DNA of 64,000 nt from NCBI RefSeq assembly GCF_018977255.1, contig NW_024704742.1, positions 114,516,001 to 114,580,000 of the forward strand. Direction: 5' to 3'. Of this stretch, positions 12,345 to 25,478 are shown one piece after another. This stretch comes from Callorhinchus milii (lineage: Eukaryota). The notes under the pieces were generated by a model. That model was not told the origin of the DNA. It searched no databases and was given only the letters and a program-made list of their open reading frames with translations. Position 1 is the stretch's first letter, and each line of letters starts with the position of its first letter. Position numbers and translations under genes: made by a program.

Positions 12345-13400
12345 TCTTTGATTAACCAAGCATGCAGAAACCATACCCGCATACCATGCTTAAGGGTATC
12401 TAAAACCAATTGAGAGCTCTACGTATGAATGCCACCTACATATGGAGATGTTCCTATATCTGGCAATATGCACCTTCTCCCGAGAGCAATGCACCTTGCT
12501 TACCTAATTCCATAAAGTGTTAAGTACAGGTTAGTTAGAGCAACAGTCTCCCTACTTCCACCGTCCACAAATTCCAACTCATTCAAAACTCCTGATGCTT
12601 GCTTCTTGACCTACATTAAACTTCATATGCCCATCACCCCAGTCCTTACCAGGCTCCACTGGCTACCTGTACCCAATGGATCAATTTCGAGGTTGTCATG
12701 CTTATCTGGAAATCCCTTCAAACCCTAAAACCTCCACATCTCTGTCATCTTCTCCTACCCCATTCTTCTGCTCGCCCCTCCACTGAGCTAACTCCAGGCC
12801 TGCTGCGCTTCCTCTACCTCTGGAATCTGGCAGCCAATTGCGCACAGTAGTCTCCTGCAAACAGTCGTGGATTGAATAACCAAATTATTATTTTTTCTTT
12901 TTTTCTTTTCTATTACCCCCGGAAAAGCAATCAGCCAATTGACTAACAACCAGGTTCCTACTTACTGCTAGGTAAACAGAGGCATGTGGAGTAAGGAAAC
13001 TTGCTTAACGTTTTGCCCAGGAATCAAACCCAAGTCCTCTCACTTGCGAGGCAAGCACTCTAACCACTAAGCTACTCTGCACGCAATATCTGCCAATCCG
13101 CTTGTCCAGCTAGGACCACCGAACCCAGTGGGGCTTTGGCTTACAAGGTTAACAGGAGCTGAGGGGAAAGAATCCTTGAACGTAGTCTGCCCCTCCAGGT
13201 CATGCCAATGAACCAGACTGGCTGCTCTGTCATCATCAGTGCTTTGGAGTACTGTGAACTCGCCTGTCTGAGGACTACTGAGATTGCCATAGAGGCAATA
13301 ACTCGATTCCGACATTCTGTTACCAAGCACGTCACCTTGGAGGCAGCGAGCCCCAGGGAGACATTGCTAACCCCTCAGGTTGATGCATGGTCATAAACCT
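12345..13400 (+). repeat. Unclassified interspersed repeat (family U), interrupted by an L2 fragment (~12570-12820) and a family A SINE (12829-13078, minus)
   Basis: The blocks ccatgcttaagggtatc, taggaccacc, agtgctttggagtact and cacgtcaccttggag are shared with 52755-53310 and 43565-44225. Confidence 0.7.
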
Positions 13401-14308
13401 GGTTAGGTTTTTATTCTCCTGTATTGTCCAGGACGGGAGGAAAATATTTCCTTTGTCTTTTCTTTTTGTCAAGGTGTTTTCTGCTCTAGATGCGAAGATT
13501 TTTATAATTGGCAGACAGTCAGGAAATCACTGTCGATAACTGTGGAAATTTTTTTTATTTATAGTACTGAATATTTTGCAGGTTTTGAAAGCAGAGGTTT
13601 TTTTTTGGTACCATTAAATTCTATATATTCTTTTGAAAGTGGGTCTAATATTTTGCCATAATATTTATGAATATAATTCAACTGGGAAGGTATTCCTGCT
13701 TGTCAATTTTCCATGCAACGCTGCTTTTAATTACTAATTTAATTATTTCAGTTCTAGGTGGTCTGAACTGTATTTAAGCATTCATCATGTTAATCTCAGA
13801 AATGGAATAATACACACCTTCAAATAGTTGTAGCATTTTTATTGTCCTTCAGCATTTGCAAACTATGTAGATTTCTGTGGAAAGCTATAAATATTTCAGA
13901 TTTTTTTTTCCTGGGCCTGTAGCTGTTTCTCTCTTGAATAACCTGATATCAGGGACTGGAATACCAGCCTCAATTATTTTTAATATGTCTCTGCCAGCAC
14001 TGCACTGCACTTGCACTGCCCACAGATTTATAAAATCTTTGTCTAACCCAGGAGAGAGTGTTCTCAGTCAAGACTTCATTATATTTACATATTGTAGCTT
14101 TCACAATTCTACGAATCGTCAGGCTTTTAAGAAGAATTCCAGGGAACTACTGTAGATTGCAAAATTTCAACTGCTCATTAAACCACTTGAAAAATAAGTG
14201 TATTTTGATGCTTTTTCGTATAAATATGAATTCCATTCAAGTGATCTTAACACAATAATTTGAATTGTTTTTACATTAAAATGTTAAATTAAATTATTTT
14301 TTAAATAG

Positions 14309-14540
14309 TGCAACAACAACTTGCATTTGTACAATGCCCCTCATGCAGGGTAGTGTCCCAGAGCGTTTGACAGAAGTAGAGCACAACTCCAAGCCGGGGG
14401 GGGGGGGGGGGGGAGGGGAGATGACCGTAGGCACAGTGAAAGAGGAAGAGCTTCAGGCGTGACCTGAAGATGGGGAAGGAGCAAGGCGGACAAATAGAGG
14501 AAGAGTATTCTAGAATTTCAGGGCACAGTGGCTGAAAGCG
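14309..14540 (-). mobile_element. L2 3' fragment
   Basis: (GTT)n tail; peptide FPIFRSRLKLFLF; homologous to 50271-50480. Confidence 0.8.
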
Positions 14541-15312
14541 CAACACTGAACTTTAACTGTTAAACATCCCCACCAGAGATAAATGCTAATTTGAATTTCA
14601 GAGCTAATAGCAATTTTGTGTAATATTCCTGAAAATGTAATACTATATCTACTAGTTTCAGTTCATATTAACTTTGTCTTGGGAGTGTTGTCATGGTATG
14701 TGATATTGTTTTGAAGGATTTCTGTAATATTATGTTTTATTTACTGGTCCTGGGTCAATCTTCAAGCAGCTATTCTGCCCAAATCATACTCTATGAATTC
14801 TGTTAACAGTGGTGCCTGGGGTGTGTTTTTTATTCATTGTAAACATATTTCTTAAACAAAAAAACGAAGAGTAAGGTTTGTCACTATGTCTCTCCTGCCA
14901 TCTTGAAACTGTGCCAATATGAAAAGCTCCTGCTGTGTATTCCTTGAGCCTACAGTCTGATATCTTGTCTTAGAAACCAGAGTTGGGAAATTTAATGTAT
15001 AATATTCACATTTTACAGCAGAAGGAATATGACTTAGAAAGCAGAGTGTAACACTTGTCAGACTTTTTTTTAGTGGCCATGGTCTTGAGATTCAGAAAAT
15101 ATTTTTTATCCTCCCTCAAACTGCTTCATAAGGCAGTGACTAGACTGGGAAAGAAAGTGACCATGGCCCTTCTCGTGGATAGATAGGCTGATTTTCCACA
15201 CCCCACATTAGCCTGTCGTTTCCATAGTACATTTTATTCTTCCTATTTTTGTTATCACTCATGCAGTGCAGCCCACAATTAACTGTATTTGTGACTCAAT
15301 TAAATTATGCAC

Positions 15313-15705
15313 GACCTGATAGAGGGCTTCAAGATCATGAAAGGTTTCGACAGGCTAGATAGGGAAAAGCTGTTCCGCTGGTAGGTGTGTCTGTGACTCG
15401 TGGTCACAGTCTTAAGATATCTACCAAAAGATGCAGAGGGAAGGTTAGAAGAAATGTTTTCACTCAGTGAGTTGTTAGAATTTGGAATGATTTGCCCGAA
15501 AGGGTAGTGAAGTCCGATTCGATAACAGCTTTTAAGACAGAACTGGATAGGTATCTGGAGAAGACAGGTTTGCAGGGTTATGGGGAGAAAGCTGGTGAGT
15601 GGGGTTAATAAAAGTCAGTTGCTCTGTCAAAGAGCCGGCACAGACTCGATGGGCCGAATGGTCTCCTTCTGTGCCGTAACATTCTATGATTCTAAGATTC
15701 TATGA
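15313..15705 (+). mobile_element. CR1 3' end, same young subfamily as 3800-5440
   Basis: Aligns to 5055-5440 with about 25 differences in ~385 bp by manual count; ends ttctatgattctaagattctatga. Confidence 0.95.
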
Positions 15706-17289
15706 TTTATTCTTTTCATGTCAAACATTTATTTTAATCTGCCACTGGGAAGATTTTCTCCTAATAATATAGAGAATCATAAATATCACCATTTCTTCCC
15801 CTGTAGGGAGGTACATGGATTATGCTTTGGGTTTTCTCAATGGTCTTGTTGATTCGAGCAGCTTGCAATGTTAGGGTGTGGATTTAATGCAATGGTTTAG
15901 AAAATTAGAGTTCGAACACGTTTGTACCATGGTTCCCTTTTATTAGGTCAAATATTTCTAAATGGTTCCCTAACTTGTGCTAATGTTTCGCCTACAAAAT
16001 ACAGTGAATTCACTTTCTAGTATATTCTGTGAAGTGCTTTGAGAAGTCTCAATGATATGATAAGCCACTATATCAAATGCAAGGATTATTATTATTAATG
16101 AACCAGTAAGTAATTCCCAATATGAACAGTGCTCTTGTTAGGCAGCTCCTAGAGTACAGCAGACAGCTCTGGTTGCCATGACATAAGGGAGATCAGATGC
16201 CCTCTCAACCTGCTTCACATCCCCCACCCCACCTGTCTCACCAGCAGCTGTTGGGCTTTCAACGTATCTACTGTCATTCCTGGAACTCCATCTAGGAATT
16301 CCTTCAACTTGCTCCTTTCCTTCCTTCCTTCCTTCCTTCAAGGTCTGCCTCAAGATCTCCCTTTTTGACTGTGCTTTTGGCCATCTTTTCCCCCTCCTCA
16401 CTCAGCCCCCAACCCCAGCTCAGGTGCAAACCCTGGACTGCCAAACATCTCGGGATGTCCTCTTGAAGGGAAAGGTGCGATTTACATTTGTATTGTATGG
16501 AGGTCAGGTTCAGGGTTAAAACAGAGGCCCAAGTATTTCTTCAGATTAAAAGTAAACAGCAACTGGAATGGTTTACCAACAATGGTTGTGGCCAGAGCCC
16601 TGGACTTATTTAAGAAACAGCTTAATGCTGCTACCTGGAAGTATGAGATCCAATGGATCAATTGATCTTTATGTTGCAATGCTTTTGAGATGGTGAGCTA
16701 AATTGCTGACCAAAGCCATAGTATGTGGCATTAATCCAAAGTGTGATTGAGTTTGGTCGGGACTAATACCTCGGCAAATGTGGAAGAGTAAATGTTTGCC
16801 GTTGACTTTTCAGTAATAGATAACATTCAGTGTAAATAAAGTAACCATAAATATAAAAGATTGAAATAGAGATGAGAAGTAATGAATGTTAAGATTTAAA
16901 TTATTTTGTAAATGTAATAATTATCAGGAGCAGCTTTTGGGATCTGAGGTATAAGCACCTAGTGTAAATATTGACTGCGCTTTTTATCGCCACCTGAAAG
17001 TATGAGGAGGGAATATCCACGGTGGTTATTGTGAATGTAAACAGATCTGTTTCTAACACATTTTATATGTTCAGGAGAGCCAGCTACAAACAAATATTCT
17101 TTTGGCCACAGAGAAATTATGAATTGGCCCAGGTAATTTAAAACACATGCACTGTTAGCTCCCCCAATAACATAGTGGGTATTATTAGCAACTTGGTTTA
17201 TTACCAAATCTTGATTGACACCTATAGGTGGTTAAGGCTCATTGCCATCAACTTTTAATAGTCAGTGTAGCACAAGGCCATCTGGATCA

Positions 17290-17490
17290 TACTTGCTGAA
17301 TTGAATCTTGCTCTGTGCTGAGTTGGCTGATTTCAGCCAGAAGTTCAGCAGACGTTGGGGTTGGGGTGCTACAGTTGGCCTCAGTTTCCCTGCGTAAGTG
17401 AGGAGAAATTTTGCCAGGGTATTCACTTCTGACTATCAAGAGAAAGCTGTTGGAAGATATGTGTATGTGCAGATGTTGGGTGAGGTCTGG
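17290..17490 (+). repeat. Third SINE-like family (C); other copies at ~41990-42215 (minus) and ~59345-59445 (minus)
   Basis: Shared tgtgctgagtt(a/g)gctgat(c/t)tcagc...tacaattggcctcag block and downstream body. Confidence 0.65.
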
Positions 17491-18239
17491 GCTGTGTTAC
17501 ACAGCTTGTGATCCATATGAGCGAAGACATCTGGCACCCCATCAGTAAAATACACCCAATATGTAACAACTAGCAGGAGATTGAATAGACTGTACATCCT
17601 CGGGTTTGAAGTGTACACCAAAGGAAAGCTAAAACGCCTGCAAGTAGTGGGTTTGAGCACAATCAAGATTCCAATGATGGAATTGATGCTCTGGTTATGC
17701 AAACTGATCAGACTGGAGTGGGAGACGCCAGGTCCACAAGAAGCAAAAAGCAGATGTTGAACCCCCTAGAGCTTCCAGCAGGTAATGAGTATGTGTGGGT
17801 TAGTCCTGAAGAGGTGGTGGGAATGATATATTGAGGTGCGCCATTCTTTTGGTTCCAAAAAAGTTGGTGCAGCATTGATTCTAAACTTGCTAGAAACATT
17901 TTGAATTAGCTCATACACCTCCCAGCTTAACAGTTTTTGTGGGTAAGCCAACCCTGCCAAAAATAATGAGTTAGAATCACAGCCCTGCTATTCTCTTGTC
18001 AAGATATGTTAGTATCATTATATTATTGTAAGTTTTCAGGGTGACAGACATAACTAGAAGCAGAATTAACCTTAGAATAACTTATTGTGTTAGTTCCTAA
18101 TGTCGTCTCAAATTAGTTTTTTTTTCTCTCGGTTATATCTGCATATGCTTACAATTTGCATCTAAGCTATTTCCATGCAAGGAATTATGCATTAGTGTGT
18201 TTCATTTACCCTTAACTTTGGTCTATTGGGGCAGCCTCA

Positions 18240-18616
18240 CCCACTTGGTAGCACTCACGTCTCTAAGTCATTAGGTTATGTCAAGTTAGGACTTAAACTC
18301 ATGTAGTCAAAGGTGACACTCCAATTCAATGCTGGGGGTGTGTCACATTGTCGGAGGTTCCATCCAGAAGAAACATTAAACCGAGATCCCGTCTGCCTGT
18401 TCAGATGCATGTTAAAGATCCCATGGCACTATTTGAGTTTTTCATGATGTCCTGGGCAATAATCCTCCAAATAAAATTAACTGATCAGTTCGTGGATTTT
18501 TAATAGCCATTGACTTGCCCACAAAATAGTTATTATACTTTACATTACATATTGTGAAGCACTTTGAGATGTCCTCCCAATGTGAAAGATTGATATCAAA
18601 TGCAAAGATTATTATT
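18240..18616 (+). mobile_element. Deu-domain SINE
   Basis: acattaaaccgagatcccgtctgcctgttcagatgcatgttaaagatcccatggcactattt core plus an L2-like tail ending attattatt. Confidence 0.85.
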
Positions 18617-19399
18617 TTTAATTATCTAGTATATCAAATATGTGAACCGTATGTAAACACGTGTTTATTATGTGTCATGAGTAAACAGAATAAGAGGTCC
18701 CTGTGATTATATAATTAGCAAACAATGAAATAGATTGGTGATTAATTATATAATAAATTCTCACTGTCCATTTACATTAAGTGCTCCTGTAATTCCCAGT
18801 GACCAAATCCTTTACACATGGTTTACACATGATACATAAAGGACCCCATTATTTGCCCGGACCTGTGTCTCTGGGTAGGGTGTTCTGTAAATTCATTACT
18901 GTGTGTAAAATACAGTAGCCAAACCTGAGTTGTCTGTTCACCGTTCCTCTTCTCACCTTGGGTGTATGTCCTGTTATAATGTTTTAGGTTATACTAGTCC
19001 TGCTATGTGTTCAGTTCATTTTGCTTCAGTTCACAAATGAAATCCCTACGGTCACTTCACCTTTCTCTCTGCTTGGTGTCAAACTGCACTATTTTCAGCA
19101 TTCCGAGAATCTACCCGAGAAGGACACTATATGCATGCAAGTTGTTGTTTTTAAATTGTAAAAACTTTGATAATATTTCTCCTGAGTTGTCTTTTCTTCA
19201 GTGTAAAAAAACAATTTTCATAGCCTCTCCTTGTAACTCATATGCTTGACCTGTATCAGTATTGACTGGTATCAGTTTAATTGTGTTCTATATATTCTCC
19301 AATGCCAGTATGCTTCATTATAATAACATGACCAGACTATATACAGTGCTTCTGGTGGAGCCAAAGAAATATAGGTTAATGCCCCAGTGCTAAGGAATT

Positions 19400-19665
19400 A
19401 GAAGCTAAAATATAAACAAAAGAAAAGTGAAATGACTTTGGAGAAATGTTTTCACATAGATTTATTGGGATTTACAATGCCCTCCCAAGTAAGGTGGTAG
19501 AGACTTGTGGGTTTCAAGAGAGAACTAAACAGTTATATCAAAGTTAGAAGCACGTATGGGTTATGGGGACAGGGCAGGGCAGTGGGATTGAAAGAATAGC
19601 TTGCTCTGAGAACCGGTGCAGATTCGAGGGGCCGAATGGACTCCTTCTGCCTTGTAATTTCTCCG
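19400..19665 (+). mobile_element. CR1 3' fragment
   Basis: ggccgaatggactccttctg 3' UTR motif preceded by decayed ORF2 C-terminus. Confidence 0.75.
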
Positions 19666-20269
19666 CCCAAAAGAAGTGATAAGGCGCTATATCAAATGCA
19701 AGGATTATTATTATTATTTTATCATATTGTCACCCATAAAACCATTAACTTTAAATTTAAAATCATACAGCTGTTTTAAAGGTCTTAAATTTAGTTGAAT
19801 TTGAAAGCTGCATTTCTGAAGTTCTTTAAAAAAATACTGAATACTGGCTTTGAAATTGAGATGGATATTTTAAGAATTTTCCAAAATTCTACACGGCCTT
19901 CATTTTTAAGACAGTGGTCTTAAGATGAAGCCCATGAGGAATGGTGTGTCTGTTTAGTTGTCCAGCCACAAATTGCATGAAACGAAGAAAATAATTTTCA
20001 ACACCTGATACAATAGCTCAAAAAACTAATTTAGCATAAAAGCTTCAGTTCTGAGGAATGCTATTTAGATGAGGCTGTAGTAGGCTGAGGGTCTCTGTGG
20101 GCTGACTGGAGTACACTGACGTTATTTTCCGTGCCTTGAGCTAAAATTCATCATTAAGTTTTCTTTCAACTTTCAGCAGAAATACATTAATTAGATGACA
20201 GGAAATGAAACATTTTCTCAAAAAGACTTTTTGTCTCAGGAAGAGGTCATCTTTTTTCTTGTAATATCT

Positions 20270-20645
20270 AATTAATAATCCTTGAATCTGATAAAATGCC
20301 TTATCACATTGTCACATCTCAAAACCTTTCACAGGATTTGCTGCAAACTGTAGTGACTGTATTGGTGGGTCAACGTGGCAGGTAATTTGCGCATAACAAA
20401 GTCCCATTAAAAACAACTATGAAGTGAATGGACAATTTTATTTGGGGGATTGTTGGCTACATCACCTGGAGAAACTCCCTCTCTTTTCAGGTAGTGCCAT
20501 GGAATCTTTAACATCCACCTAAACAGGCAGATGGGACTTTGTATTAACATTTCATCTGATTAATAGTACCTCCAGCAATGCCTCTGCCAACACAGCACTC
20601 TCCCCAGCAGTGTCAGTCTGGACTATGTGTGCTCAAAGTCCTGAC
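20270..20645 (-). mobile_element. Deu-domain SINE
   Basis: gtgccatggaatctttaacatccacctaaacaggcagatggg is the reverse complement of the Deu core. Confidence 0.85.
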
Positions 20646-21447
20646 TACCATTGGATATCCTTCTCAACCCACTTTATAAATCCCTAAAGAATGCCTGGAT
20701 TTAAAAATAAACAACTAACAGTGAATCCTGTTAAAGATTAATGTGTGTAAGATTCAACATCCATGTGTAGCTTTCACAATAAACAGCACTTAGAGGATAT
20801 ATATTTCCCTCACAATGCTGTTTCATTTACTATACTTAGTTATGTCTAGCTTTATGCAATTCTCCACAATTTATCTTTCCAGCATTTACATATCATGGTA
20901 TGGAGTGTATTAGAGCAGTCTATTAGTTATAAATAACATAGGAGCTCTACACAGTTTACTAAATAGCAAATTTGAGTAATGGATTTGAAAACTAAACCTG
21001 TTATTGTTCTGCACTGTACTGAGAAGTCATTTTGTGGGTTTAGCACATTTTTATCATTCGTGTTGTCTGTTTATCGATCAACATTTAATTTTAAGACATT
21101 TTCTGTGGGGAGGAAAAAGCTTTTCAAAATGTATCTTTTAAAAATCACTTTCTGTTCTGCTTGTCAGGCTAAATCAAAATGGTGGTAATGAATATGTAAT
21201 GTGTGTAGGCTGAGGTAAGAGCTGGAATGTGTTGCTCTGCAGTAACACATCAAGGGGTTGAACTGTTGGAGCTTCACTTTTGGTGGTTTATGAAATCATC
21301 TGAAATGCTACACCTTTGAAATCTTCCTGCTTCAAACTCTCTTCCATAGGACTTTATGAGTGGTTTGTGGTGGTGCTTTATATGATGTTTTTTGTGGGGT
21401 AGAAGGTGGAGGGCAAAGTGGTAGAAGAAATTTTATGTTATAAGCAA

Positions 21448-22053
21448 CTAGCTGTACCCGTTGCAGCTACGCTTGCAAAAAGAAGGATCCAATAAGGAAT
21501 GTAGATTTCAGTGATACCACTCACAAACCATTTAACATGCCATAAAAACTGTGTACACCTTAAGCAAAACTGCCATACATGTGTGATGAGCTTGCTTAGG
21601 TCTAAGCTCATCAACAATAGGAGATCCTCCCCCCAAAATATGCCCATGACACTCCCCCATGCAAGACGTTTCCGATGAGGTATAAATCATTTCTCTACGG
21701 TAATCAGTTATTACGTTATTGACGGATAGACAGACACACAGACAGACATTTTGTCTTTATTAATATAGATATATCTCTCTAGAAGAGTGTGTGATTTCTT
21801 CTGTTGCTATTTTGTTGCAGAATACCATGCATACCTCATATTTTGGGGCTTAATTAAAGCATTTTTTAATATAGCTCATCAACGATAGGAGATCACCCCC
21901 CACCCCACTCCCCAAATATGTCCATGACACTTCCCCATGCAAGACCTTTCCGATGAGGTATAAATCATGTCTCTACGTTAATCGATTATTGCATTCTTGG
22001 CGAACAGACAAACAAACTGACACACACATACATTTCGGCTTTATTAGTATAGA
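21448..22053 (-). mobile_element. Non-autonomous Helitron-like element with a duplicated 5' segment
   Basis: On the minus strand: A|TCTAT 5' ends at 22053 and 21769; 3' CTAG|T at 21448 preceded by the hairpin TTGCAAGCGTAGCTGCAA; (CAGA)n/(CA)n microsatellite near each 5' end. Confidence 0.7.
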
Positions 22054-22144
22054 TGGAAGTAGTGTTTGTATCCCAGGTAATTCTAAAATCTTTTTCTGCC
22101 AACTTCACCTGAGTAATGAGGTGTCAGTCCCGCTCACTTGAACT

Positions 22145-22527
22145 GTTAGTCAAATGTTGGTTTAAGACCATGTTGGAACTTCAAGATCATAGTTGAGGCT
22201 GCTGACACTCCAGTACAGAGTTGGGGGAGCATTACACTGTTTGAGCTGTCATCCTTTAGATGAGACATTAATCTGAGATCCTGTCTGCCTATTCAGGTGG
22301 TCCTTGTGACAATTCAAAAGGAGAAGAGAGTTTCTCCTGGTGTCCTACCAACAATCCTCCAGATTAATTGGTTGTCCACCTCCTGACTTTTTGGGACAGT
22401 GCTGTGCACAGATTGGCTGCCCCTTTATAAAAGCTGGACAGTCACTATTTTTAAAGAAATTCCCTGTGGAGCACTTTGAGACATTTTACGTTATAGGCGC
22501 AATGTCAAATGCAATGATTATTATTAT
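22145..22527 (+). mobile_element. Deu-domain SINE
   Basis: gatgagacattaatctgagatcctgtctgcctattcaggtgg core; tail tcaaatgcaatgattattattat. Confidence 0.85.
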
Positions 22528-24179
22528 GCATCAACGAACACTTGCCTGTAGCAAATTACATGTGATCGACATTCAGTAACAATAGTAACTTAATTACGTT
22601 AGCCGTTTCAAGCGATTAAGGAGGAAAATGGAGCGAGCACATTTGGACCTGCAGCCATTGAATGGCGGGGGATGAGTTTGCTCTGTTCACCTTGAATACT
22701 TTGAATAACCAATCTGAGCAAGCTGTAGTGCAGAGCGACTCAAGTCCTGAGTGAACATTATCTAGCTGCCCAGAAAGAAGAAAAATATGATGAATTTGCT
22801 CTTGTCATTGTGATGAATTTGTTGAAGCTGAATTCAGAGCAGCATTGGGGAGACATGAATGCAGATCGTCCACTTGCTCTCTTAACAGTGTTAGCTCATG
22901 GTACACCACCAAGAAAGCACCAGTGGGTTAGAACATAATTTTCTAACAGGAAATCAGCGTCAGGTCGGGTATCTTCAGTTTTCTGCAACTAAAAATTGAG
23001 GACAGCCATGTCTAATTGCAAGTTAGGAACAGGACCTAAATTTCCTCCCCAATCTCGACCTCCAGCTCGGGTCAGAAACATTGATTGTCCAGCGCCTTGG
23101 GACGTCCTCCCAACGTGAAAGGTACTATACAAATGTAATGTTGTTTTTGCTTGTTTGTTATTGTAATATATTAATCTGAGCAGCAACATGAATCTAGGTT
23201 TTTGAGTGGGCTACGTCCTATCAGCTATCAGTATGCCTGATTTGCTGAAATGATCAAGTTGCTATGGAGAGTAGGATGAAAAGTTGGGCGAAAAAAACCC
23301 AGAAAGCACCATAAATTCAATCTTGTTTCATACCAGAAAATGCAGCTGTCTCACCAAGCTGTTCCTCATAATTCTGTTTTTTAAAACAAAAAAGAACCCA
23401 ATGTTTCAGAATTTAAAGCATTTTAGATAAAATCAATAATGAGGCTTGTTTAGACATTTTATTTACAAGGAAAAAAGAAAATCAGATGGTTGGAACTTAC
23501 TGTCTACAATGCAGATGGTTTGATTTACCTGTGACCTCTGTTTAGTATCCCAGAGTAATCCAAATGCCTCCATGATTGATTTTTTTCCCTCTCCCATGCC
23601 ATTCCTGGTAAGACTTTTTTTGTTCAGTAGGGGGTTTGCGCAGACTGCTGATGGCTTAAATAACAAGACTTGTCTTTTGCACACATTGCACCAATTAAAC
23701 TTAGAAAAGTTTTGCAAAAAAAAAAGGTCTGTAACTTAGTCTTTCAGTATCAACTTGTAATACAGCTTGAAGCACTTGAAGAATGTTTATAGCATGAAAT
23801 GTTATATTGTCCTTGTTAACGCAAAGTTTTATTGTACCTTTGGGCTGAAATCCTAACCACGATTGGCTAAAAAGAAGCCATGTGTTGGACAATAGTTTGC
23901 TCAGTTCTGCGCTAATTTATTTCAATAAGTTATAGCTTTCAATCAATGACATCAACAAGTAATCAAGCAATGACTGTCAGCCACCAAAGTCACACAACAC
24001 AAACTGTTAGTGACTTAAGTCGAACCACTGAACATAGTTGAAACTTAATTTTTAGTTCATTTAACTGAAGTGTCTAAGAAAACAAATATTGATTGCAATT
24101 TTTGGGTTATAAATGGGAAACCATTGTACTGAAAAATGACCTTGATTATTCAACAATACTGTACTGTAATTGCAATACG

Positions 24180-24858
24180 GAATAATCCTTTGCCGCTGTA
24201 GTCAGACCTGTCAACTATTCCTGATTTTACCATGTGCATCTTGAAATAGTGATTCTCATGATAAATTTCCGGATAGCCAGCAAAGGTGGAACCCAGCAAC
24301 TCGCCCCACTAAATAGTCTCTGTTTCTCACACTCCTCCCTGTTAACTCTGTTTCTATCACTGAACATTGTGCTGAGAAGTTGACAACTTTCTCTGAAGTT
24401 CCGCTGGACTTGTGCAGACTGCATCAAACCCAGTCTAAGTTGCTGTCTTCACTGCCTGCTTGCTGGGTAGCCGGTCAGGTTGTGGAGGTGAGTCTCACAT
24501 GCCAGTCTTGGGTTTGCACAAAAGGATGCAGGTAGCAGTGGAGTATATGTGGGTTAGAGACTGGAGATTGGTTGGTTGTTAATGGGCGCTGTGTGGCTGT
24601 AGCACTGCATGTTTCAGGATGTACTGGGCATTGTATTCCCAATGAACATTTTGCTGAATGGTTTACAATCATGTGGGGTGGGGAGTGGGTGGTAGAGGGA
24701 CAGCATCCTCACTGGAGGAGCTAAACACGTAAGAGGAACTTTTGTTTGCACGTGTGCGGTTGCAATGATTACTAGCTGTCGGGGCTTCAGAGAAAGGAAG
24801 TGGTTTCTTGACAATAGAGTGCATGTGAGAGAGAGATAGGCATGTTCATGAGGTAAGC
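24180..24858 (+). promoter_or_regulatory. Putative promoter region with two candidate first-exon donors
   Basis: Repeat-free and locally GC/CpG-richer. TATA-like actaaatag at ~24308; donors GAG|gtgagt (24487) and GAG|gtaagc (24852); E-box CACGTG at 24749; ETS-like AGGAAGTG at 24795. Confidence 0.35.
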
Positions 24859-25377
24859 TGTTCGGTTCCTGTATCGTCTCCCCTCTGCTTGGAAAGGAAA
24901 GAAATATTCAGATTTAAATGCATTAATTATGATTTGCAAATAAAAAAAATTGAAGCCGTGTATCTTGTGATTTATAGTGAGTTTTGTACATTGTTAATTT
25001 CAGACAAGGATTACTAACTTTTAGGAAGCATATGACTAAAATAGATTGGCACAACTTGGCAGGTTTGGCCTAGCCCATCAATGTATAGCCATTGCCGTAG
25101 AGAATTTCTCTAGTTAAAGTCATGTTTCCGCAGCATTCATACTTAATTTTAATTTGACATACCCAACACAGCAGTTCACTGCTATATATTTCTGCAGCCA
25201 GGAAAACAACAGTGAAGCGTGGCCCCTTTTGGCAACCAGCATAAATACTCTATTGGATGAAAAACAGGAGACTTTTGGCGATAGACCAAAACTAATGGGT
25301 GGACTGATTTTTTTCAGTCATAATTTACAGAAGAGGATTGTTAAATCATTGATAAAATATATAAGATCTATAAGAAA

Positions 25378-25478
25378 CAAAAACAGAAGTCGCTGGGAAT
25401 ACTCAGCAGGTCAGACAGCATCTATGGAGAAAGGAAAGTGAGTCAACATTTTAGGTCCATAAGCCTTCATCAGAACTC
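25378..25478 (-). mobile_element. Penelope-like terminal repeat with a degenerate hammerhead core
   Basis: The minus strand reads CTGATGA-aggcttatggacct-AAAA-tgttgac, then ctccatagatgctgtctgacctgctgagtattcccagc, shared with 43693-43822 and 49540-49780. Confidence 0.65.

Noticed and set aside
22628..22675. Small ORF starting MERAHLDLQ
   Set aside because: It stops after 15 codons (GGA TGA).
22787..22831. C/D box snoRNA-like motifs (ATGATGA...CTGA); similar at 25568-25624
   Set aside because: Too short, no convincing terminal stem and no recognisable rRNA-antisense element.
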